Made by a program: the position numbers and the translations under genes
Part shown: positions 11,738-23,700 of the stretch, piece by piece
Layout: each line of letters opens with the position of its first letter
Position numbering within the stretch: the stretch's first letter is position 1
NCBI GenBank assembly: GCA_051294375.1
Contig: CM119267.1
Coordinates: 813,601 to 877,600 of the forward strand
From: Paraspadella gotoi
Lineage: Eukaryota; Animalia; Chaetognatha
DNA length: 64,000 nt
Direction of reading: 5' to 3'
The notes under the pieces: model-generated
The model's database searches: none
Seen by the model: the letters and a program-made list of their open reading frames with translations, nothing else
What the model was told of the DNA's origin: nothing

Positions 11738-14700
11738 CTACTCCCAATCATCATCGTAGATGGCATCGAGGCTGTCTTCGGCGCCGACATCGGAATCTCC
11801 GGCGCCGCGAAGGATGACAGAGTTGAGGAGATCCTTGACTCGCGGCGCCGATTTGAGAATCATCTTTACTTCGTCGCGAAGACAACGAAAATCCAGGAAA
11901 TCTTTGAGGGGCTGAAAAGAAAATTTAAATGTGAGCGCGATAGAGAGTTAATCCCAAGTCAAGGCCTTTGATGTCTCCCCACTCACCTGCGGCAAGGGTA
12001 ATTCCTGAACGTCTTCAGTAAGGAGAACGACTTGTCGGATCTTTTGGCGACACAATCTCTGCGGATAGAAAATGGAAGGCATATATGTACTGAGTGAGAG
12101 AGAGAGAGAGAGAGAGAGTGAAAATGAGAGAGACCTTGAGGGACATAGGGTTGACTAGTTGGCGTTTAATCCATTGGAGGGCGCCGGAACGCCACTTCAA
12201 GACTCGAATTAGATCTTCGCCGTAGACGGAAGTGTCGAGACCGAATCGATGTTGCTCGCCTTTGGGGAGGGGGAGGGGGAGGGGGAGGGGGGGAAAAGGG
12301 AAGAAGGAAGAAGGTTCAAGCTATAAGAGATGGACTTACGATAATAAGGGAAATAGAATTGCGTTTTTAAGCATTTAGTCGTATTGGAATTATCTTAGAA
12401 TGAATTTAGTACCAGTCCTAATTTATGGTCTTAATTTGTGAATCCCCTGATGATAAGCGGTTAAAATAATTATTAATACCATGGTACCAGAGTATTTGGG
12501 GATATTGAATAACACTAATCATAAGTTGATTCAACATTTTATTTTTAGTCACCAGACGCTTTGACTGTCAATAACTGACCTGAAACGTTATAAGCGACCG
12601 GCGAGGCCTCGATCGAGCGCTGCGACGTTTCCCCGGGTTGAGCTGGAGAAGAGGTGATGGGTGCGCCCTCTTGCCCGTGCCCGGCGCCCGCCCCATCAGG
12701 CTCCTCGTCGGTCTCTGGGTCTTCCATGTGACTCGAGTCAATCTCGGACAAAATGGCAAAGAGGGAATTGGCCACGGTGGTGGAGGGCGCGTCGGGTTCC
12801 TCAAGATTCGATGCTGAAAACAAGGGAAAGTTTTGTAGCTGATTAATTTGTGAATCGTTTCAAATGAGATTTAGTTCGTAAAGAGCAGCAGGAGAAAAGA
12901 GAGAAAAAGAATAAGCCCCTGCAGAGCCAGCTGCAGACTCGTTTTTTTTCCCTTTGTTTCCCTTTGTTTATGAATCAGTGACTAGGGAAAAGAGAGAGGG
13001 AGAAAGACATGTAATTAAAAGAGAAAAGAGAAATATAAAAATCAAAAAGAAAATTTGCTTGTTTTGATAAAACGTAAACAAAACATTTAATAACTGTCCA
13101 GACTCAATTTTAAGCACATCGATGATGAGAAGCTGTATATAAATTTTCAGCTTCATACACCCAAATTTAATCATAAAAAAGGCGATCTATAATTTGGAAC
13201 GCCGACGACGACGACGACAACGCCACTTATGCACAAAAGCGTCGCAAACGCTCAGCGATTGCGACGATAAAAAAATTAATAATTTAATGCCACTTTAGAG
13301 AAAGTTCAATGAAATACCAAGAGAGCTTTTGTCGGTGGAGAAACGAACATAATCCTCCAAGATTTTTGGTTCTATCGACGCGACGAAGTCTTCGATCCTA
13401 CGTGAGACAACGGCGTCGACGGGACACTCGGCCATCATTAGTAGCAGCACCGACTCGAGGCGTCGGGATTTGAGAGCCAATTCCATCGAGGACAGACCGT
13501 GTTCGTCCGGTCGATTCATGTCAGAATCTGTGAGGGACGAAGGAACCTTCAGTTTTTATTAATAATATTTTTTATCTTTATAAATATTAAGTCATATCGC
13601 TCGGCCTTAATCACGAACCATATTGCAAAAAGATGAGTAAATAATCGACGTGACCCTCGAGAACGACTTTGTGAAAAGCGGAGTGACTCTCCTTGGGGAT
13701 GAGCTTGTGAATGTCGGCCCCACCGTCCAAAAGCACAGCCAGCGGAAAAGGATCAGCCGAGCGGCGGCCAGGGCGGCGACGCAGGCCGACACCGCGACCA
13801 AAGCCTGACAGCGTCAAAGATTATAATATAATATATATATATAATTTATATTAGCCATTTTAGTCAAACGTCGCTACGAGTCAACAATTTTATTCGAATT
13901 AAATTTACAAAATATATTTGTAATATTTATGGTATGGATAAAAAGCCGGATCGTGGCTAAAGGCAAATCCAACCATCGAATTGACGGATGAAAATATCTG
14001 CTCTTACTGCAGCAGAGTAATTTATGGATCATTATAAATGAAATTTTAGTTCAATCTCATTTGTATATTGTATTTAAATAAATTCTAAATAAATTTTTAT
14101 CCTCCTGCCTCGAAGGTTTAATATTGTGATTTTTCACCGGCATATAATTCTGATTGTTTGTGATTCAAATAGCAGTTAAATGGATGGAGAACTTAACCCA
14201 ACATAGCCTTTCCAAGGTCAGGGGGTAAGATAAGTTATAAATGTGTAGTTAAGTTATAAGCTAACTATTCATTTAATTATTCTTGCGTTTACCAGCTGTC
14301 AAGGATTTGGTCTATTAATCGGTTACAAGGGTCGGTTAAAATCATTATGCCCTTGTAATAAAAAAGTAGGTGACTACCTTTTTTATTAGTTTACTTAATT
14401 GATATTGCAGGGATAATGGGATAGGCTTTAGGCAAAGCAGGGATTAGCTTTAGGAAAAGCGGGAAAAGCAAGGATTGGCTTTTAGCAAAAGCAAGGGTTG
14501 GTCTTAAGCAAAGCTTAGGAAGCAAAAAATTGGTTCTGAGTGAAGCAGAGGTTAACTTTGAATAAAAGAGGGAAATGGTTAAAAACAAAAGGGCAATTAA
14601 AAGAAGGTTAAAGCAAAATGGGGGGGCTCTTTTACGGAACTGCTAGGTCCCAAGCCAACTCCAGAGGAGAAATCACGTAACCAAAATCTGCCTATATAAG

Positions 14701-17700
14701 GAGGAGCGCCACAGACTGTGGTCAGGAGTCAATTGAGACCCTCTGAAGTTTAAGAGGAAATTCTTTCCGGCTGGAAAAGATACTGGAAAAAAGTCCAGGA
14801 GAGACTGAAAACGCCTAAGTTCAGGAAGGACTGGTTGGAAATAATAACTCTAAAGTTAAGTCTGATAAAACTTGGTTAAGGTTAAGTCTGGTAAGACTTG
14901 GTTAAGGGTTAAGTCTGGTTAGTGATGGAGACAATTCTTTGTGGAACATCATCTAAGAGACTTATTGATCGCCGATGCATATTGTTCATTTATTGTTCGT
15001 TTATTGTTCCTTTATTCGATTATTATCTTTGTTCCCTATTACAGCCTTGTGAGCATTGTGTTATACATATATTGAATAAGAAACTACGTGTTCGAATGTG
15101 AGTCCTATATCAGTTGGCGTCCCCCGTTCTCTTGTGTATTCATATTCACAGATCCTATACTGTGGGCAACATTGAGGTCCACCGTGCCGCCGTGTGGTTA
15201 ACTGACATTGTGGTTCATACGTTAGAGTGTCTCGTGCTTCTCAAGCCCGGCCGGCGCCCACCGGCATCGCCCACAACAATCACCCTCTAACAGTGGTGCA
15301 TCGTCCTATCCATCCTCGTGTGGAGAACACCCCTAGTGGGCGACAGTTCAAGCGCTCTTTTCTCTGGAGTGTTGCTTCATCAATCCATTGTCTATCGGGT
15401 TGACTCTGAGGCACTGTGGATTCGTAACCACAACCCGTCCATCAGCAGTCACGCTGTTATGATAGCCATTGGTTCAGCTTGACTGTGAAGCGACATTGTT
15501 CCTTTCACAAAAATATTTTATCCGTGATCTTTAACCCAGCTTTGCCACGAAGCAAAGGCTTAGTCGCTGCTTGGAACTTGGTCGGCCTTGAAGCGCGGCT
15601 TACCCCGGATTCTTGGCTAAAAGCTCAACAGAAGATCCTGCTTTAAGAAGTCGGAAGGGCCGGGTCTAGCTAGCCCTCCCCCTCGTGTGGCAAGACTCCA
15701 TCGTTCTATTTGCAAGTCCGCCTCTACATTTAGCACGGTGCTCACCCCAGCTTCCCAAATCCATAGTACCCTGAAAATCCTTCACTCCAGATGTTCCGAG
15801 ATTCATCCGTCCGCGTTGATATTACCTACTTCCCAAGTGTTAAGACTGGTAAGACTTGGTTAAGGTTAAGTCTGGTAAGACTTGGTTAAGGTTAAGTCTG
15901 GTAAGACTTGGTTAAGATTAAGTCTGGTAAGGCTTGGTTAACGTTAAGTCTGGTAAGACTTGGAATAATTTTAATGGTGGATTAATACAAGGGTCTCAAG
16001 TGACAACAGACCACAGCTTCATAATTCCTAGTGGACTCTCCTCCATTTCAATGGATTTCATAAATACTTTGGCTTACATTTTAATTTGAATATGTGTATT
16101 TTTATTTGTAATGTACATTGATTTTACTGTGCTATACAGATATGTATTGAGTCAATAGTAAAGATATTTATTAAATTTGTCTAATAATTTTTTTTTCTCT
16201 TTCTTCCCAGGTTAAATTTTTAATAAAAGCGCCCCAGGATATAAACTCCAGTGGACTTCAGGATTTAAATATCGTGAATTTCCTTTCTTTTCGTTGTGGT
16301 TGCGTATTGGGAGACGTTTTTAATGTTTTTCTACAACGACTTTATTTGTAAAAAACGTACATGTTTCGGCTTACATACAAGCCTTCTTCAGCGTTAATAA
16401 ATAATAAAGTTTTAACGCCAGGAACTCCAGTGTCCAAGGACTCCAGTTTTTCGTATTTTTATAATAAAGTGGGTGGTGGTAAAAAACACCACCCAAGATT
16501 TTATTACAGCCCTTTTCTTTTGTAAAGGAATAATTATGTTTAAAAAAAAATGCGTATCTCTTCCAGTTTTATGCTTTAAATATCTCGCTATCAAGTCCCA
16601 TTACTAAGGCAGTCAATTAGTCTCCAAATCGACAAGTTTACCTTTTTTTTATCTCAATTAACTATCCACTATTTATTCGGATAAGTTCGCCTTCTGTCAA
16701 AAACTTGTCATTAATCAAGGTCTCTCTCTCTCTCTCTCTCACCGTGGTCGAAATAGAGCGCGCTCTGATTGATGAGGTGATAGAGCGGCGTGTTGCCCCA
16801 GCAGTCGCCGACGTCGGGATCCGCTTGAGCGTCGAGGAGGCGGTCGGCGGCGAACGGGTAGTTGGCGGTGACGGCGGTCAGGAGCGGCGAGTAACCCTGC
16901 TGACCATTGTCGTCGAACATGTTGGGGTTGGCCCCGGAAATGACCAACTGGTTGATCAGCCAATTGTTGGAGACCTGGGGAAAACCGGGTCGTTGCGCGA
17001 GAGCGAGTAAAATAAGAACTGACCCGTTTGCCCTACAGATCGACCGACCTTGGGCTTGTTCGAAATGGCGATGTTCAGCGGATAATTTCCATTGAGGTCT
17101 GGCAAATTCGGATTCGCCTTCATGTTTTTCAGGAGACAAAAGATGAGGTTTTTTGAAATGTTGTCCCTGAAAAACCAAAAAAAAGTGAAAAGTATAATGA
17201 TCTCGCCAAACGTTGCTATGAAAGAAAATGAATGAAAAATATATTAAAAGCATAATATTTATAAAAAAAATATAAAAAACCCTAAATGATTGATGACGAA
17301 TGAAATGAATTTAAATTTATTTAATTTAAATAAATAAAAGAATTAAGAAAAAAAATTACATTGATTAAAAGTATAAACCGAATTCATTAAATTAAAAAAA
17401 ATTAAATTTAATAAAAAAAATTGAATGAATAATTTTTTTTTTCTGTGAATGAATAAATTGAGAGAAATAAAGAGAAAAAGGAAATAAAAGATTGTAAAAT
17501 AATAATGCTTAATATCACGAGTTTGAAGTTAATAAAATCTTTTTTAATAATAAAAAAAGAGAGAGAATGATGTAATGATGTTGATATAATTATTTTGTAA
17601 ATAAAAAAACATTCTTGTATCCATATGAAACATATCATTTTAAAAGATCATGATGATGAAAAGCTATATCTTAATTTTTAACTTTCTAAAATTGAACACT

Positions 17701-20700
17701 ATTATAATATCCAATTGTAAAAAAGGTGACGACGACAACGACGACGTCACTCAGAAGCAAAAGTAAACCAAAATCTCGCCCAAGGCGGGCCGAGGTCCGT
17801 CTGGCGAGAAAAAAAGCATCATTTAGTTTTTCCCCAAGAGACCACACATTATTGTGCACTAGGGTGGAGTGATGAAAAGATTGAGTGATTGAACATTATT
17901 TTTTTGCTGCCTATGGACATATAATTAATGAATTTTAAATCCTTTTAAAAAATTTTTTAGCATAACAGTATAGCAAATTCAATTATTTATGTAGTAATAT
18001 CCTTATAAAATCGTTAAATTTCAAAATATTTTTTTTTTATTTTTAAGAACTGATTTGGATTCGCGGTAAAAAACTAAGAAACTTTTATAAAATATGTTAT
18101 ATGATATTTTAATGTTTAGATCACAAAAAATGACTAAAACGTTTTAACACATATAAGTTTCTACTACAGAGAATAAAAAAGTCAGGAATTTTTACCTTTT
18201 TTCTTATTTTAAACATTGAAGATGACAGAATTTTTGATAACATGTTTTATATTTTTGATTCAACTTTTTATGAAGAATCTGAATCTTTATTAAAAGTTTT
18301 ATAAAAATTATTTTTAAAATTTACTATTTTATAAGGATATTACTACAAATATATTATATTTTGCTATTCTGTTCCCGAGATAATATGAACGAAATATTTT
18401 TTGTACTAGTTAATCATACTATCTCACATCTAAATATCATTGTTCGATCATTCAAATAAATTTTTTGTTCTTGAGTGCTCCACTCTATTGTGCACTGTGT
18501 CGAGAGCACATTGATCGAGACCTCAACAAAGCGCGGATCAAAGGCGTTTCTCCTTTTCCGTTCCGGGAGTTGATGTCAGCTCCACCGATTCGCACCATGA
18601 GTTCGAGGGCGGACACGTGACCGGATGTCACGGCGGAATGGATCGGCTTGTCTCCCTGGAAACGATGAACAACAGATTAAAAATAAGGATATAGAGCGAA
18701 TGTAAAAAAAAGAAAAAGAAGAAAAAAAAAAAGACCTGAAAGTCGTGAATTTCCATGAGCGCGGGTAGCGGGGGCGAGCCGTCGGGGCTGAGCAGAGCCC
18801 TGATCATGTCCTTGTTGTAATCTCGGTCGGGTTTCTTGACGGCAATGTGCAATGGAGAATTCCCCTTAGAGGCGGTGACGCCGCGGTTGGTGCCGTGAGA
18901 GACGAGCAGCGTCACCATCTCCACGTTGCCTAGCGCCGTCGCCAACAGGATGGGGGCGTCCCCGTCGATGAAGTCCTTGAGGGGGGGGCACAGACCATCA
19001 GTTTTACATCCGACCACGGAAAAATTCCTACCACCTCCGTTACCCTTCCTACCGGGGGGTGGGAGGTTTGAAAAGGTCAGAGGTAAGAAGAATAATTTGG
19101 ATTCGATTTTATAATCGTCGTTGGGCAACATTTAGATTTAGTTTCCCCGCAAATTTTCCGAAAACATCTAATTCGCGCCGAGGGAAAACTTCAGAGAACA
19201 AGAGCATTATCCGGGTCGGCCTTTCCCTCCCTCCAGCAAAGTAAACCTTAAAGAGTTAGAGCATATCCAGGTTGGCTTTCCCCTCCTCCTGCTAATGCAA
19301 ACCTTAGAGAGCGAGAGCATATCCGGGTTGGCCTTCCCCTCCTCCAGCAACAGCTTGGCGAGGGCGAGGTCTCCGACTCTGACGGCGATGTATAGAGGAG
19401 TTCGGCAACACTCGTCGATCGCGTCCGCAGAAAAGCCGGACCTCAAGTTTTGAACAAATTTATATATAAATTAACTAAGAATATATATGGTATATGGTTA
19501 AGTATTTATTTAAATATTTAAGGACAGTGTCCTCTCCGTATCTGTCCGCGACATTTGACTAGAACGGGCGCAGTCATCAGAGAGAGACGACTTTCAGTCA
19601 TTGATTTAGGGATCGATCGTGTCTTCAAAAGTGATTTAGACTAAGACCACAGAGAGTATCTTGATCCCGGCTTCATGGCTTTGCCAATAATTAATTAATC
19701 AATAATTCACCTCAACAAATCCCCAATTTGCGAATAATAATGACGTGGATTTTTTTTCCGGATTTTCTTCTGCTCGATCAGTCTTTTTATGGCCTGAGAA
19801 GGAAAAGGGAGATTTTAGGATAACTCTCTCTCTCTCTCTCTATCTCTCCTAACAACCAAACCTGATGCAGTTCGTTGCTGCATTCCGTCTTGTTGGAGTT
19901 GGGATCCGTCAAGTACTTGTAAGCTTTGTTCTTCTGAAGTTCGGAAAGAGTCAAGAAGGCGGGAATCTTTTCGAAGATGTTGTCCCTGACAAATTTAAGA
20001 CGAATTGATCCTTCGTGAGAGATATGATAATAAATATAAGATAATATATGGATAAATAATATTAATACATAGATAATATCAAGCGAGATTAAATTTAGAA
20101 ATTTTTAATCGCAACTTGTATAGTTATAGAGGTTATTATAATCTTTCCACCTGTCCATCCAATCCGTAGAGACCACGCCCCAATCCCCGGCGGCGGCGAA
20201 GGCGTTGGCACCAAAATCGATCGTCCATTCGGCATCAGTGGCGACCGGTCCCCATTTCGCGGGCCGAGAGCGATCGGCGTCATCGGTCCAAGGATTCGCG
20301 GAGGCGACGTTCCCGGCGTCGAATCGCTTGGGCGACGTTTCGTCGTCGAAGTCGTGTTCGTCGCGAATATGATCACCGGACGACCACATCGAAGGAGTGT
20401 GAGGAGAGTCTGTCCCAGCGTCGCGAGGATCAGAATGACACCGAAACGAATCGTCTGTCTCATTAGAAGGGCGCCTGAAGGACGACTGGTCAACGCCGGA
20501 ATTGTTTAAGTAGGAATCGTGAGCGACGAAATGGACGGGGTCCGTCTTTCGCCAAAGCGAAGATCCAGGCGCGCGTCGATCGCCCACCAAATGTTTGTCG
20601 CGTCGGGAGAACGCGTCCCCACGAGAAGCTCGACTGAGTTCGGCGGAACTCGGCCTCGCGCGATGCCATGTAGAGGGCGGCGTCCGCTCAGGGTCGGCAG

Positions 20701-23700
20701 CGTCGCTCGTCAGACTCGTCGGCGTCGGATCGCTGCTCGGTGCCGTGGACGGATGATCGGATGAGGAAGGCGGCGTAGACGAAGATGGCGTTTCTGGCGG
20801 AGGAGGCGTGCTGCCGGCGTTGCCGCGAGAAGGCGGCGGAGCGGCGCGATCGTCGCAGAGACGCTGCACCTGCTGGGCGAGCAGACTCTGCTGCATCGCC
20901 AAGGCCGACACTTGACGGGAGAGATGAAGCATCGCCGTTTCGGCGGCGGAGCAACGGTCAGGCTGGCGAGGAGTAACATCAGGCGGAGAGGTTGCCTGGG
21001 GAAGAGAGGTTGCCTGGGGAAGAGAGGTCGCCTGGGGAAGAGAGGTCGCCTGGGGAAGAGAGGTCGCCTGGGGGAGGAGAGGTCGCCTGGGGAAGAGAGG
21101 TCGCCTGGGGAAGAGAGGTCGCCTGGGGAAGAGAGGTCGCCTGGGAAGAGAGGTCGCCTGGGGAAGAGAGGTCGCCTGGGAAAGAGAGGTCGCCTGGGAA
21201 AGAGAGGTCGCCTGGGAAAGAGAGGTCGCCTGGGGAAGAGAGGTCGCCTGGGAAAGAGGTCGCCTGGGAAGAGAGGTCGCCTGGGGAAGAGAGGTCGCCT
21301 GGGGAAGAGAGGTCGCCTGGGGAAGAGAGTTTTGCGCCTGACGCATGAGCGTCTGTCGAATCTGATCCAGATGCCATTGAAGGAGAATCGTGTCGACCGA
21401 AGTCGCGGGTGAGGACGCTAAGGCAGGCGGCGGATGGGCGGCCGGAGGATTTTGAGGCGGCGGATGGGCGGCCGAAGGATTTTGAGGCGGCGGATGGGCG
21501 GCCGAAGGATTTTGAGGCGGCGGATGGGCGGCCGGATCGGAAATACGGGTGTTGGATGCAGCAGCCAAGTCTCCCAAAAGGTTTTCGGCGTTAAAATTCG
21601 AGGAACTAATAATGGCTGCGATATTTCCGACGCCAAAATCGGGTAAATTCACGTGTTTTGAGTTCGCCAAATTGGTTGTATTCCCAGCGTTTAAATTGGC
21701 TAAATTTCTGGCGCCTAAATTGTTTTTAATTCCAGCGTTTAAATTGGCTAAATTTCTGCCATTTGATTTGGCCACATTTCCAGGAGTCAAATTGGGCAAA
21801 TTTCCGCTGAGATTGAGCGAATTGGCGGAGGCGTGGTCCTCTCTTCGCGAGACCTCATCGGCATTGAGATTGAGCGAATTGGCGGAAGCGTGGTCCTTGA
21901 GGATTTCCGCTGAACGAGTCTCGATCCTCGATTCGGAATTGGATCCAGATTCTCTTCTTAATTTGACTCGACGATCGATCTTTCTTTCCATCCTTCGTTC
22001 CTCCTTCCTCGGTTCCATCCTTCCTTCCTCCTTCCTCGGTTCCATCCTCCCGGCACCGGATTCCTTCGGCTGGCGCTGCACGGGCGCCGCCGCCGACTCG
22101 TTCGTCCGAGACCCAGAATCGCGATGCTGATCCGTCGGACTTTTCTGTTTTTTCCGCTGAGTCTGAAAAAAAAAAAAAATTAAAATCTTTTCTTTTCAGA
22201 TTATGATTAATCATACGTTCTTTCTTTTATTTAATACAATTTACAATACAGAAGGCTTCATATTATAAAATGTGGTACCCCTTTTTTGTGACCAGAACCC
22301 GTTCCGAGAAAACTACTGAATAGAATTTAATGAAATTTTGCATGCGGAGTACCAGTAGTGATACAAATGGAACTATCGAGGCGAATTTTTACATTCCACC
22401 CCTAAGCTGAGATAAGGGGCCCTGAGGGGGCAGCCCCTGAGGGCCACAAATGGTCAAAATTTTTTTTCAAATTTTATTATTTTTGTTTTAAACAGTTGCA
22501 CAGACGTTTACTCTTCCACAAAAACGTATTTATTACCTCAAAAATATTCATTTACCTTAATTTTTAGCTTGATGAACATCAGCAGTTAAAGTCAGATTTG
22601 GAATAATTTAGGAAAATTGGAAGTAAAACGATGAACCAGGCATCTTCAACCATGCCTAATTATTGCAAATTTATCAATTTTAGTTCTAAAATGTTTTGTT
22701 CTTATGTTTAAAACGTCAATGCACCTGATGCTACTAAAAAAATTTGAAAAAATAAAAAAAAATTTTTAGCATTTTTTGGCCCCCCAGGGGTCCACCCCCA
22801 GGGCCCTGTATCTCTTGTCAGGGGTTGAATATAAAAATTCGCCTCGATAGTTCCATTTATATAGTCATTAGCACTCTAAATGTAAAATTTCATTAAATTC
22901 GATTGGGTAGTTTGGTGGCAACAGATTCTGGTCACAAAAAAGGGGTACTGTGGCGGTATATTCACACCGCCTCACGTCCACCATCCGTCAGCCAAATCCA
23001 TTGGCTCAGAGGGGGAACACACCATCCCAGGCGTAGTGTTCCTTCCACAGTCCTAACGACTTCCCTCTGCGTTGGCAAAGCGAGACCGTCCTAGGGTAAC
23101 CGCGCCAGTGACTGGATGCGTCACTGAGGGTCGGAAGCCCCCAAAGCCAACAGTGAGATGCCCCATCCCAATGGGCATCACAGGCAACCCGGCTGTTGCC
23201 ATAGTACTACATTTTATAATATGAAGCCTTCTGTATTTATTCGGATAGACATCGATTTTTTGGATAATTCGATGTAATAAGATGATCTAAGAGATTTACA
23301 GACAAGATTTTGGGGTGGGACCGACGGACCGACAAAATGGATTATATAGCCGGAATCTGATATTTATATTATAAATTATAAACAGATCCGACTAAAAAAA
23401 AATGAGACCGACTGACTATTAGTCAGTGACTAACCATGAAATGAGAACTGTCGCCCCAAACGACTTCCGACGAGTCACTTCGACTTCTACCGTAGAAAAT
23501 CTCATCCATTCTCACGCCGCCGCCGCCGCCGCTGCTGCCGCCCTCATAACCGGCGCTTAAATGACGAGAATTGTTTCCGCCCCAACCGGCGTCTCCATCG
23601 CTAAGAGGATCTTTGTCGCCGCCATCCCAAAAGGCGCCGCCAGAGGCGTGGCGGCTTCGCGGGTTGGCGCCACCCCAACCGGCGAGCCCAGTTTCCCCCG

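Noticed and set aside
19705-19795. Apparent in-frame TGA suggesting selenocysteine in the ASB gene
   Set aside because: Counting the 8-nt A run correctly gives an open frame (RKKNPRHYSQIGDLLR); no recoding needed and no SECIS seen
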